DNA of 64,000 nucleotides from an uncultured Gemmatimonadales bacterium (GTDB lineage Bacteria > Gemmatimonadota > Gemmatimonadetes > Longimicrobiales > Longimicrobiaceae): positions 3,104,001 to 3,168,000 of the forward strand of contig OY970303.1 of NCBI GenBank assembly GCA_963716255.1, given 5' to 3'. Numbering within the stretch: position 1 is the first letter of the stretch; each line of letters begins with the position of its first letter. Below are positions 1-9,010 of this stretch, in pieces. The notes beneath the pieces were generated by a model that saw only the letters and a program-made list of their open reading frames with translations, did not search any database and had not been told where the DNA came from. Made by a program: the position numbers and the translations under genes.

Positions 1-2
1 CG

Positions 3-392
3 GTGCTTCTGCTGCACGTCCTGCACGTGGCGGAGCCAGTTGTCGATGAGCCCCAGCTTGTCGTCGCGCAGCGCCGCCGCCACGCCGCCGCAGCCGTAGT
101 GTCCCACCACGAGGACGTGCCTCACCCGCAGCACGTCCACCGCGAACTGGAGCACCGACAGGCAGTTGAGGTCGGTGTGCGCCACCACGTTCGCCACGTT
201 GCGGTGCACGAACAGCTCGCCGGGGAGCAGCCCGACGATCTGGTTGGCGGGGACGCGGCTGTCCGAGCAGCCGATCCACAGGTACTCGGGGGCCTGCTGC
301 TGCGAGAGCCGGGCGAAGAAGCCGGGCTCGCGCTCGCAGATCTCCGCGGCCCAGGCACGGTTGTTGGCGATCAGGTGGGTCAGCGCTCGCAT
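3..392 (-). CDS. can: beta-class carbonic anhydrase (runs off window start)
   Basis: Manual translation from ATG 392: [15 protein letters not shown]...[32 protein letters not shown]...[14 protein letters not shown] and HxxC zinc motifs. Confidence 0.93.
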   Translation of the reverse strand, partial: MRALTHLIANNRAWAAEICEREPGFFARLSQQQAPEYLWIGCSDSRVPANQIVGLLPGELFVHRNVANVVAHTDLNCLSVLQFAVDVLRVRHVLVVGHYGCGGVAAALRDDKLGLIDNWLRHVQDVQQKH

Positions 393-509
393 CGTTCTCC
401 GGGTGGCGGCTCGCCGCGCTCCCCGCGAAGCGCCCCGGGAACGGGCGCGGCGGTGCGCGTGGGCCGGAATATACCCCGCACGGCGCGGGCGGAAACCCCG
501 CGTCCGCGC

Positions 510-1022
510 TCAGCGCTCCACTACGGGGGGAAGCGGCTTTTCCAGCAGCACGAAGTCCTGCCCGTACCAGTGGTCGGTCACGGTGCAGATCTCCCGGAAG
601 CCGGCCCGCGCCAGCGCGCGGCGGGAGGGGAGGTTGTCGGTGCGCGAATCGCACCAGACCTTGTGGATGCCGCGGGCGCCGGTGGCCCCCTCCAGGCGCG
701 CCAGGAGCAGGTCCGCCACGCCCGCCCCGCGCCACGCCGGGTGCACCCCGAACCACGACAGCCAGACCAGGCCGTCGTCGTAGCGGCTGACGCAGAAGCC
801 GACGACGTCGCCGCCGGCCTTTGCCACCAGCACGGCATCCGGATCGGCGCCCGCGGCCTCCCGCAGCGCCTCCTCCCCGTACTTGCCGGTCTCGGAGCGC
901 TTCGCGTCGTCGCTGTAGTACGGGACGGCGGCGATCACCTCCCGCATCAGCGCGGCGACGCGGGCGGCGTCGCGCGGGTCCAGCCGGTCGACGTGGACCG
1001 GCGTCGCGGCCGGGCGGCTCAT
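510..1022 (-). CDS. GNAT family N-acetyltransferase
   Basis: C-terminal part of ORF 510..1943; motif A GVHPAWRGAGVA and NLPSRRALARAGF; ATG overlaps upstream stop. Confidence 0.85.
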   Translation of the reverse strand: MSRPAATPVHVDRLDPRDAARVAALMREVIAAVPYYSDDAKRSETGKYGEEALREAAGADPDAVLVAKAGGDVVGFCVSRYDDGLVWLSWFGVHPAWRGAGVADLLLARLEGATGARGIHKVWCDSRTDNLPSRRALARAGFREICTVTDHWYGQDFVLLEKPLPPVVER

Positions 1023-1402
1023 TCCTCCGGGAGGGCGCGGGGGTAGACCTTGACGACGTCCCAGCGGCGGATCTCCACCTTGCCGGCCGGGAAGCCGCGG
1101 GGCTTGCGGACGTCGGAGGCGCGGCAGACGTGCACCTCCACCTTGCCGCGCGCCTCCTTCGCCTTGGAGTAAAAGGCCGCGAGCTGTGCGGCGTATTCGA
1201 CCACCGCGCGCGGCAGCGAGTCCAGCCTGTCCGGGTTGCGGACCACCACGTGGCTCCCGGCGTAGCCGGAGGCGTGCATCCACAGGTCGGCGGGCGACGC
1301 GACGCGGAAGGTGAGCTCGTCGTTGTCGCGCGCGCCCTTGCCCACCAGGATCTCGAACCCTTCGGCCTGGTACGTACGCCAGCCGGTTCCCTTGCTCGCC
1401 AC
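1019..1402 (-). CDS. stand-alone NFACT RNA-binding (DUF814) domain protein
   Basis: ILVGKGARDNDELT, DLWMHA..GSHVVV, AAQLAAFYSKA, VRKP motifs; GTG start assumed. Confidence 0.85.
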   Translation of the reverse strand: MASKGTGWRTYQAEGFEILVGKGARDNDELTFRVASPADLWMHASGYAGSHVVVRNPDRLDSLPRAVVEYAAQLAAFYSKAKEARGKVEVHVCRASDVRKPRGFPAGKVEIRRWDVVKVYPRALPEE

Positions 1403-1554
1403 TTCGCTCCCTGCCTCGCTCCGGGTGCCTGGATCGTCGGGCCGGAATCGTAGCATTCCCGCGCCTCCCGGGCGAGACCCGCGGCGCGCGCTGGCGCCGC
1501 GGGAGAGCGGCGGCGTACAATCCCGCGGATCCCGCTCCCCTTCCTCCCGCGCCC

Positions 1555-2775
1555 ATGCGCCGCCTCGTACCGCCGATGATCCGCTCCGCCACGCTCCTCC
1601 GTCTCCTCGTCCTGGCGATGCTCGCCATCTGCCGCGGCGCGTCCCCGGCCGCCTCGCAGGACGCGCCGGGAGGGGGCATCCCCGTGCTGGCCTGGCACCG
1701 CTTCGCGGACCGGCCCACGCCGGAGGTGGGGTCGCTGACGGAGTCGTACGCGGGCTTCGAGGAGATGCTGGCGTTCATGCAACGGGAGGGATTCCGCAGC
1801 GTCTTCCCCGAGCAGGCCCGCCCGGGGGCGGGCCGGCAGGTGATCCTGACCTTCGACGACGGTCCCGAAGAGTCGCTGCGCGCGGCGGAGATGCTGGAGC
1901 GCCACGGATTCCGCGGCATCTTCTTCGTCATCCCCGGCCGCACGCGCGAGGACGGCGAGGGCTACCTGACGCCCGCGGAGGCGGAGCGGCTGGCACGCGC
2001 CGGGCACCGCGTGGCCGCGCACGGCTACGACCACCGCAGCATGGCCAGCTCCCGGGAGGAGGTGGCCGCATCCGTCGCCCGCTCGCGCCGCGAGCTCGGG
2101 CAGAAGACGGCCGGGCTGGCGAGCCCGCTGGACTTCGCCTTCCCCTTCGGCCACTACACGCCGGAGGTGGCGCGGACGCTGGGGGCGAGCTTCCGCTTCC
2201 TGCACACGGTGAACCCCGGCTACTGGGACGGCCGCTCGGCCCTGCTGCCGCGGATGCTGGTCATGTCCGGGGTGGACCCGGGGCTGTACCGCGCCTACCT
2301 GCTGGGCGGCGCGGACTACCGGCCGCGGCTGGAGCCGCTGACGCCGGACGGCGCCGTCGCGGGCCGGGTGGCGTTCCGCCTTCGCGGCGGTCCGCTGCCG
2401 GCGGGCGTGGAATTGTTCGCCGTCTCGGCGGACGCGGAGGGGCGCAGCTACGTGGGCCACCCGCTGGGGACGAGCCTGGAGGTGAGGGGCGACACGGCGT
2501 GGGTGGAGCTGGCGGCGCACATGCGGCGCTTCTACGCGCCCGAGCGCAGCGCCATCGCGTACGCGCTCGTCACCCGCGAGGGCGGCGAGGTGCGCTACCT
2601 GTCGCCGGGGGTCCAGAACTGGATCCGCGACCCGGCGGCGGAGTCGCGGCCGGGTTGGTTCTCCCCGCTCGTCCGGACGGCGGGCGTCGTCCTGGCCGCC
2701 GGCGTCCTGCTCCTGGCGGTGCGCGCCGTTTCGCGCCGGGGGAAGCCCGGCACACGGCCGGCCGACGGGCGTTGA
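1555..2775 (+). CDS. secreted polysaccharide deacetylase (NodB/CE4) with C-terminal membrane anchor
   Basis: Signal peptide, LTFDDG, HGYDH, FAFPFG motifs, hydrophobic C-terminus. Confidence 0.8.
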   Translation: MRRLVPPMIRSATLLRLLVLAMLAICRGASPAASQDAPGGGIPVLAWHRFADRPTPEVGSLTESYAGFEEMLAFMQREGFRSVFPEQARPGAGRQVILTFDDGPEESLRAAEMLERHGFRGIFFVIPGRTREDGEGYLTPAEAERLARAGHRVAAHGYDHRSMASSREEVAASVARSRRELGQKTAGLASPLDFAFPFGHYTPEVARTLGASFRFLHTVNPGYWDGRSALLPRMLVMSGVDPGLYRAYLLGGADYRPRLEPLTPDGAVAGRVAFRLRGGPLPAGVELFAVSADAEGRSYVGHPLGTSLEVRGDTAWVELAAHMRRFYAPERSAIAYALVTREGGEVRYLSPGVQNWIRDPAAESRPGWFSPLVRTAGVVLAAGVLLLAVRAVSRRGKPGTRPADGR

Positions 2776-2787
2776 GCAGCCGAAGAA

Positions 2788-3498
2788 TCACACCGCCAGC
2801 CCAAGCCAGGCCAGCAGCGCCAGCACCAGCGGCGCCAACACCGCCGTGACCACGCCCATCAGCCCGATGGCGATGCCGGCGCCCGCCGCCTCCACCTCGC
2901 CCTCCTCCACCGCCCGCGCCGTCCCCACCCCGTGCGCCGCCGCCCCCAGCGCGATCCCCAGCGCCGTGCGGCTGCGGACCCCGGCCGCGCGCAGCAGCGC
3001 CGGCCCCACCGCCGCGCCGAGCACACCCGACAGGATCACCACCGCCGCCGAGAGCGAGGGGATGCCGCCCGCGCGCCGGGCGATCTCGATGGCGATGGGC
3101 GTGGTCACCGAGCGTGGCGCCAGCGAGCGCACCACCTCGGGCGAGGCGCCCAGGAGCATGGCCACCCCGCACGCCGACACGATCCCCACGGCGCCCCCGG
3201 CCAGCAGCGACAAGAGCAGCGCGCGGGCGCCGCGCCGCACCTGCTCCATCTGCCGGAAGAGCGGCACCCCCAGCGCGACCACCGCCGGCCCAAGCCAGAA
3301 GCTGAGCCATCGCCCGCCGCGGTCGTACGCCTCGTAGCGCACGCCCAGCGCCTCCAGCGCCGCGATCATCACCACGATGCCCACCAGCACCGGGTGCAGC
3401 AGCGCCCAGCCGAGCCGCCGGTGCAGCCGCCGCGCCAGGTCGAACACCAGGACGGTGCCCGCCACGGCCAGCGCGGCCGCGAGGACGCCGCTACCCAC
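2788..3498 (-). CDS. lrgB: LrgB/CidB family membrane protein
   Basis: LGPAVVALGVPL, SLAPRSVTTPIA, AHGVGTARA motifs. Confidence 0.9.
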   Translation of the reverse strand: MGSGVLAAALAVAGTVLVFDLARRLHRRLGWALLHPVLVGIVVMIAALEALGVRYEAYDRGGRWLSFWLGPAVVALGVPLFRQMEQVRRGARALLLSLLAGGAVGIVSACGVAMLLGASPEVVRSLAPRSVTTPIAIEIARRAGGIPSLSAAVVILSGVLGAAVGPALLRAAGVRSRTALGIALGAAAHGVGTARAVEEGEVEAAGAGIAIGLMGVVTAVLAPLVLALLAWLGLAV

Positions 3499-3874
3499 GG
3501 GCCTCCAGCCGCTGCTGGAGCCGGCCGACCACCAGGAGCACGGCTACGGTGCTCGCCGCGCCCGCCAGGGCGATGGGGAGCCATTCGCGGCGCAGCAGCT
3601 CGTACTGGAGCATCAGCCCCACGCCGGGCGGCACGAACAGCAACCCCATGTGGCGGAGGAGCAGCCCGGCCGCGGGCTCCACCCACGCGGCCGGCATCCA
3701 GCGGAAGTGCAGCGCGGCCGCGAGCAGCAGCATGCCGACGACGCTCCCCGGCAGCGGCAGCCGCCCGAGAGTGGCGATGGCGTCGCCGGCGAGCAGGAAG
3801 GCGAGCAGCACCGCGGCGCCGGCGGCGTAGCGCCACCACGCGGCGCGCCGCGGCCGGACGCCCGCCGGCTCCAT
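3491..3874 (-). CDS. cidA: CidA/LrgA holin-like protein
   Basis: PLPGSVVGMLLL, LLFVPPGVGLM; directly upstream of lrgB. Confidence 0.88.
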   Translation of the reverse strand: MEPAGVRPRRAAWWRYAAGAAVLLAFLLAGDAIATLGRLPLPGSVVGMLLLAAALHFRWMPAAWVEPAAGLLLRHMGLLFVPPGVGLMLQYELLRREWLPIALAGAASTVAVLLVVGRLQQRLEARG

Positions 3875-3951
3875 CCCCTCCGCCTCGAGCGCGGCGCTCG
3901 TGGCCGCCGAAGCGTCGTGTGCGTCCCCCCGGTCCGGCCGGCCGGCTCCGC

Positions 3952-5544
3952 TCACGCCTCCCCCAGCATCTCCAGGATGGTTTCCAGCGAGTCCGCCTCG
4001 GCGGGCGGCTTGTCGGTGCGCCAGCGCAGGATGCGCGGAAAGCGCACCGCCACCCCGGACTTGTGGCGCGGCGAGCGCTGGATCCCCTCGAACGCCAGCT
4101 CGAACACCAGCTCCGGCTTGACGGTGCGCACCGGCCCGAAGCGCTCCAGCGTGTTGCGGCGCACCCACGAGTCCACCTTGCGGATCTCCGCGTCGGTGAG
4201 CCCGGAGTACGCCTTGGCGAAGGGAACCAGCTCCCCGGCGCGCCACACCGCGAAGGTGTAGTCCGTGTACAGCGAGGCCCGCCGGCCGTGGCCCCGCTGC
4301 GCGTACACCATCACCGCGTCCACGGTGAAGGGCTCGGTCTTCCACTTCCACCACGGGCCCCGCTTCCGCCCCACCCCGTACGGCGCGTCGGCCCGCTTCA
4401 GCATCAGCCCCTCCGCCCCGCGCTCCCGCGCCCCGCGGTACGCCGCCGCCACCCCCTCCCAGTCCTCCGCCGCCACCAGCGGCGACAGCGGCATCCGCGC
4501 CCCCGCGGGGGAGCGCGCCAGCAGCTCCTCCAGCCGCGCCCGCCGCCAGCGCAGCGGCCGGCCGCGCACGTCCTCGCCGCCGATCTCCAGCAGGTCGTAG
4601 GCGAGCAGGACCACGGGCACCTCGGCCAGGATCCTGGGGCCCAGCGTCTTGCGGCCGATGCGGCGCTGGAGCTGCGCGAAGGGGAGCGGGCGCCCGTCGC
4701 GCCAGGGGAGCACCTCGCCGTCCACAACCGTGCCGTCCGGGAGGAGCGCCGCGGCCTCGGCGATCTCCGGGAAGCGCTCGGTGATCAATTCCTCGCCGCG
4801 CGACCACAGGAACGTCTGCCCGGCGCGGCGGACGAGCTGCGCGCGGATCCCGTCCCACTTCCACTCCGCCTGCCACTCCCCCGGCTCGCCCAGCGCCTCG
4901 GGCCCGCCGTCCAGCGCGTGCGCCAGGAAGAAGGGGTAGGGGCGCGACACGTCCGCGTCGCGCGTGTCGGCGGCCAGCAGGTGGAGGAACGACTCCGGGG
5001 TGGGCTCCCACGCGCCCATCAGCCGGTGCGCCACAACGGGCTCGTCCACCTCGCTCACCCTGGAGAGCGCGCGCACCACCAGGCTCTGCGACACGCCCAC
5101 CCGGAAGCTGCCGGTGATCAGCTTGTTCCACACGTAGCGCTGCGCGCCGTCCAGCTCCGCCCAGGCGCGCAGCACCTCTCGCCGCTGCGTGGCGTCGTCC
5201 TCGCCGCGCAGCAGGAGGAGGCGCTCCTCCACCCAGTGGCGCAGGGGAAGGTCGCTGGACGCATCCGACGGGGGGAGGAGCAGCGAGATGGCCTCGCCCA
5301 GGTCGCCCACGGCGCCGTAGCTCTCCTCGAAGAGCCAGTCCGGGACGCCGGACGCCTCCATGGCCCACTCCGCCAGCTTGCGCGCGCCGATGAGCCGCTT
5401 GGGGCGCCCGCCGCCCAGGAAGTGCACGGCCCAGGCGGCGTCCGCGGGGTCGGCGCGGCGGAAGTAGCCGACCATCGCCTCCACCTTGGCGCCCGTCTTG
5501 TTGGTCTCGTCCAGCTCCGTGTACAGCTCCGCGAACGCCCTCAC
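3952..5544 (-). CDS. ATP-dependent DNA ligase
   Basis: EWKWDGIR motif I, EGLMLK, WWKWK, VRFPR; GTG start overlapping upstream stop. Confidence 0.93.
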   Translation of the reverse strand: MRAFAELYTELDETNKTGAKVEAMVGYFRRADPADAAWAVHFLGGGRPKRLIGARKLAEWAMEASGVPDWLFEESYGAVGDLGEAISLLLPPSDASSDLPLRHWVEERLLLLRGEDDATQRREVLRAWAELDGAQRYVWNKLITGSFRVGVSQSLVVRALSRVSEVDEPVVAHRLMGAWEPTPESFLHLLAADTRDADVSRPYPFFLAHALDGGPEALGEPGEWQAEWKWDGIRAQLVRRAGQTFLWSRGEELITERFPEIAEAAALLPDGTVVDGEVLPWRDGRPLPFAQLQRRIGRKTLGPRILAEVPVVLLAYDLLEIGGEDVRGRPLRWRRARLEELLARSPAGARMPLSPLVAAEDWEGVAAAYRGARERGAEGLMLKRADAPYGVGRKRGPWWKWKTEPFTVDAVMVYAQRGHGRRASLYTDYTFAVWRAGELVPFAKAYSGLTDAEIRKVDSWVRRNTLERFGPVRTVKPELVFELAFEGIQRSPRHKSGVAVRFPRILRWRTDKPPAEADSLETILEMLGEA

Positions 5545-6620
5545 GCGCCCTCCTCCCCCGCCCCGCCGCCGGGGGTCTCCGCGGCGCCGGCCTCCGCCTC
5601 CTCCCGCGCCTCGTCGGCAGCCACGGCCTCCGCGTCGTCGGCCTCGCCCTCCCAGCGGGAGGCCACGGCGTGCGCCTCCAGCCCGTGCTCGCGCAGCCAG
5701 CGCACCACCGGCTCCCGGTAGCCGTGCGTCACCCACACCCGCTCCGCGCCGGTGGCCGCGATGGAGGCCAGCAGCGAGGGCCAGTCCACGTGGTCGCTGA
5801 GCACGAAGCCGCGGTCCACGGCCCGCCGCCGCCGCGCCCCGCGGATCCGCATCCACCCCGAGGCGAAGCCGGTGGACGCCGCGCCGAACCTGCGCATCCA
5901 CGGCGTCCCCGCCGCCGACGGCGGGGCCACCACCATCGCCCGGCTCCAGTCGGTTCCCTTCGGCGCCGACGCCACGTGCGAGGTGGGCGGGAGCGGCACC
6001 CCGCCGTCGCGGTAGTCGGCGGTGAGCTTTTCCACCGCGCCGTGGGTGTAGACAGGGCCGATGCCGGGGTCCAGCCCGGCGAGGAGGCGCTGCGCCTTGC
6101 CCAGCGCGTAGCCGAAGAGGACGCTGGCGCGGCCCGCCTCCTGGTTGGCGCGCCACCAGCGGTTCACCTGCTCGAACACCTCGGCCTGCGGCGCCCAGCG
6201 GTAGATGGGAAGCCCGAAGGTGGACTCGGTGACGAAGGTGTGGCAGCGCACGGGCTCGAACGGCGTGCAGGTGGCGTCCGGCTCGGTCTTGTAGTCGCCG
6301 GAGACCACCCACACCTCGCCGCGGTGCTCCACCCGCACCTGCGCGGAGCCCAGGATGTGCCCGGCCGGGTGCAGCGACACGCGCACGCCTCGCACGTCCA
6401 GCGCCTCCCCCCAGTCCAGCGAGCGGATGGCGGCGCGCTCGCCCATGCGGGTACGCAGCACGCGCTCGCCCTCGCGCGAGCCCAGGTAGCGGCGCGATCC
6501 CCAGCGCGCGTGGTCGCCGTGGGCGTGGGTGATCACCGCCCGGTCCACAGGCTGCCACGGGTCGATGAAGAAGTCGCCGGCCTCGCAGAAGAGGCCCCGG
6601 TCCGTCAGCCGCAGCAGCAT
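5541..6620 (-). CDS. ligase-associated DNA damage response exonuclease (MBL/beta-CASP fold)
   Basis: ITHAHGDH, AGHILGS, SGDYK, TESTFGLP, LSDHVD; adjacent to ligase. Confidence 0.9.
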   Translation of the reverse strand: MLLRLTDRGLFCEAGDFFIDPWQPVDRAVITHAHGDHARWGSRRYLGSREGERVLRTRMGERAAIRSLDWGEALDVRGVRVSLHPAGHILGSAQVRVEHRGEVWVVSGDYKTEPDATCTPFEPVRCHTFVTESTFGLPIYRWAPQAEVFEQVNRWWRANQEAGRASVLFGYALGKAQRLLAGLDPGIGPVYTHGAVEKLTADYRDGGVPLPPTSHVASAPKGTDWSRAMVVAPPSAAGTPWMRRFGAASTGFASGWMRIRGARRRRAVDRGFVLSDHVDWPSLLASIAATGAERVWVTHGYREPVVRWLREHGLEAHAVASRWEGEADDAEAVAADEAREEAEAGAAETPGGGAGEEGA

Positions 6621-6740
6621 GTGGTTCAGTCCGGAGGGTCGGGCGGAGCGTTCGCATCCCCCTTCCGCAGGTGCCGCGCCGCGGGGTCGTGTGCGCGTGT
6701 GACGTTGTGCGGGACGGCTCTGAACGGCAACTGCGGGGTT

Positions 6741-6870
6741 GGGCGTGCCCCCGGCTGGCGCCGGGGTCGGGCTTCGGCTCCGTAACGCACGAAACAACCG
6801 TGCGTAACGGAGTCGAGCCCCAACGATACTGCCGTTGGGTCTCGCCCCTTCGGGCCGGAATCCCTCACGC
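6741..6870. repeat. ~130-nt structured dispersed repeat, copy 1
   Basis: GGGCGTG-hairpin-GGGTCGGGCTTCGGCTCCGT-stem-ACGGAGTCGAGCCC-hairpin-GGGTCTCGCCCCTTCGGGCCG-AATCCCTCACGC; six copies in window. Confidence 0.9.
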
Positions 6871-6924
6871 GGGGTGGGTGCTGGCGTCCGGGGGGACCCC
6901 CGCCCCGGCGCTGCGTGCCGTGCT

Positions 6925-7018
6925 CCCCTCCCCCTTGCGGGGAGGGGCCGGGGGAGGGGGTGCCGTCGCCGTCCTCCCCCTCTCCCCTCGTGGGAGAGGG
7001 GGCCGGGGGGTGAGGGGT
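6925..7018. repeat. two REP-like palindromic units (CCCCTCYCCC...GGGAGRGGGGCCGGGGG..AGGGG)
   Basis: Two tandem C-rich/G-rich hairpin units; related unit at 59199..59242. Confidence 0.7.
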
Positions 7019-7021
7019 AGG

Positions 7022-7345
7022 TCAGCTCATCGAGTCCCGATGCGGCATCGCGCGGGCGACGGCGTCGTAGTCGATGACGCCCTGGCGCTCCAGCGCGTCC
7101 ACGCGGCTGCGCTCGGCCTGCATCCGCCGCTCCAGCGCGCGCAGCGTCTCCTCCCGGCTCCGGCCGGGCTGGAGCGGATCCGGCCGGCTCTCCGAGCGGA
7201 GCACGTCCACCGTCTCCTCCATCTCGTCGGCCAGCAGCAGCATCTCGCCGATCCGCCGGTTGCGCTCCACCGCCCCCGCGTCGTCCGCGGCGGAGCCCCG
7301 GCGAAACCCGTCTCCGATCCCGATCTCCCTGTCGATGTCTCGCAT
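7022..7345 (-). CDS. hypothetical protein (charged, coiled-coil-like)
   Basis: GGAGGAG RBS; MRDIDREIGIG...; GC-type codon usage. Confidence 0.55.
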   Translation of the reverse strand: MRDIDREIGIGDGFRRGSAADDAGAVERNRRIGEMLLLADEMEETVDVLRSESRPDPLQPGRSREETLRALERRMQAERSRVDALERQGVIDYDAVARAMPHRDSMS

Positions 7346-7367
7346 GGATCGCATCTCCTCCCTCGGC

Positions 7368-7559
7368 TCAGGCGAGCAACGCTCCCACGAAGCGGCGGGC
7401 GTATTCCTCACCGCATTCGCAGCAGAGCTCCAACCAGCAGGTGCAGGCCGGGCGTCCGCACTTCCCCTCCAGGTCGATCCCCCTGCACCGGCAGGACCGC
7501 ACACCGGTCCCGCAGCGGGCACACTTCTCTTCCGATGTCCGGATCTGCACGTTGCGCAT
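7368..7559 (-). CDS. small cysteine-rich protein (63 aa, 10 Cys)
   Basis: GAGG RBS; CARC, CRC, CTC, CCEC clusters. Confidence 0.55.
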   Translation of the reverse strand: MRNVQIRTSEEKCARCGTGVRSCRCRGIDLEGKCGRPACTCWLELCCECGEEYARRFVGALLA

Positions 7560-7776
7560 GGTGCACCTCGGGTGACTGAACGGGAACTGCAACCCGCCGC
7601 AACTCGCGTGCCCATCTGTTCACAAGTGGCCTGCTGACAAAGGCTTGCAGATACCTTCCCGGGGGGAGAAATCCAGCGGAGGCGCGGGTTTCGTGCGCGT
7701 GGCGGGAGATTGAGGAGGCAGGTGCGGGAATGGACGGGACGGGTCGCGGCGGAGTGCCCGGGCGCGGCGACGCCCG

Positions 7777-8148
7777 CTACGCAGCGCGGCTGCACGCCCG
7801 CTCGATCTCCTCCAGCAGGCGGTGCGAGGGGATGGGCTTGGACAGGTAGCCGTCGAAGCCCGCCTCTTCCACCTGCGCCTGCGACAGGCGCAGCGCGGTG
7901 AGCGCCAGCACCGGGATGTGCGCGGTCTCGGCGCCCGCCTTCAGCAGCCGGACCGTGCCCCACCCGTCCAGCACGGGCATCATGATGTCCAGGAGGATGA
8001 TGTCCGGCCGGTGGCGGCGGGCGAGGCTTACCCCCTCCTCGCCGTTGGGGGCGACCAGCGTCGCGTGCCCCGCGATCTCCAGCAGGCAGGCGAGCGCGTC
8101 GCAGATGCTTTCCGAGTCGTCCACGACGAGGATCGTCTTCCGGTCCAT
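7777..8148 (-). CDS. single-domain response regulator (CheY/DivK-like)
   Basis: ILVVDD, DIILLDIMMPVLDG, ALTA, YLSKP. Confidence 0.92.
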   Translation of the reverse strand: MDRKTILVVDDSESICDALACLLEIAGHATLVAPNGEEGVSLARRHRPDIILLDIMMPVLDGWGTVRLLKAGAETAHIPVLALTALRLSQAQVEEAGFDGYLSKPIPSHRLLEEIERACSRAA

Positions 8149-8353
8149 CGGTGTCTTCCGGGAGCGGGCGTAGCGGGACGCGGGCGAAGTCCCCCAAGAA
8201 TGGCGTCGCAGAGTCCGCAGGACAACGGTTTCGCGCCGTCTGCTCCCGGGCCCGCGGCACGCGGCCCTCCCGGCGAGCGCTTCAGGCGGGGCATCGTACG
8301 TGCTGGTCGACACCGGCGCCGTTGCACCCTGTTCCCTGTTCCCTCGCCGTCCC

Positions 8354-9010
8354 ATGCACATCGACGTGTTCTCGGACGTGGTCTGTCCCTGGTGCTACAT
8401 CGGCGAGCGACGGCTCGCGGCCGCGCTCGCGCAGCGCCCCGAGCTGGCGGCGACGCGGCGCTGGCGGCCGTTCCAGCTCCAGCCGGAGATGCCGGCGGAG
8501 GGGATCCCCTGGGCCGAGATGGTGCGCGGCAAGTTCGGTGGGCCGGAACGGGCGGGCGCCATGTTCCGGCAGGTGTCCGCCGCCGGCGCGCCGGACGGCA
8601 TCCGCTTCGAGTGGGAGCGCGTCGCAACCGCGCCCAACACCGTGGACGCGCACCGGCTGGTGCTGTGGGCGGCGGAGCGGGGGCGCGAGTGGGAGATGGC
8701 CGAGGCGCTCTTCGGCGCCCACTTCACGGAGGGGCGCGACCTCGGCTCCGCGGACGACCTGGCCGCCGCCGCCGCGCGGGCGGGGCTGGACCCGGAGGAG
8801 GTGCGCGCCTACATGGCCGGCGACGGCGGCCGGGACGAGGTGCGGCGCAGCCAGGACGAGGCGCGGTCGCTGGGGATCTCCGGCGTCCCCTTCTTCGTCA
8901 TCGACGGCAGGTGGGCGATCTCCGGCGCGCAGCCGGTGGAAGCGTTCCTGCGCGCCCTGGACGAGGCGGCCGCCGCCGCCCCTACGCCTCCTCGCGCAGG
9001 TCGGGGATGA
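8354..9010 (+). CDS. DsbA/FrnE family oxidoreductase
   Basis: SDVVCPWCYIG, GISGVPFF, SGAQP. Confidence 0.92.
   Translation: MHIDVFSDVVCPWCYIGERRLAAALAQRPELAATRRWRPFQLQPEMPAEGIPWAEMVRGKFGGPERAGAMFRQVSAAGAPDGIRFEWERVATAPNTVDAHRLVLWAAERGREWEMAEALFGAHFTEGRDLGSADDLAAAAARAGLDPEEVRAYMAGDGGRDEVRRSQDEARSLGISGVPFFVIDGRWAISGAQPVEAFLRALDEAAAAAPTPPRAGRG

Noticed and set aside
1019..1402. Functional link between the NFACT-R protein and the Ala-identity RNA
   Set aside because: About 47 kb apart, and the protein lacks the other RqcH domains; nothing in the sequence supports a link.
6741..6870. Hammerhead ribozyme in the dispersed repeat
   Set aside because: GAAA is present in some loops but not all copies, and no CUGANGA core was found on either strand.
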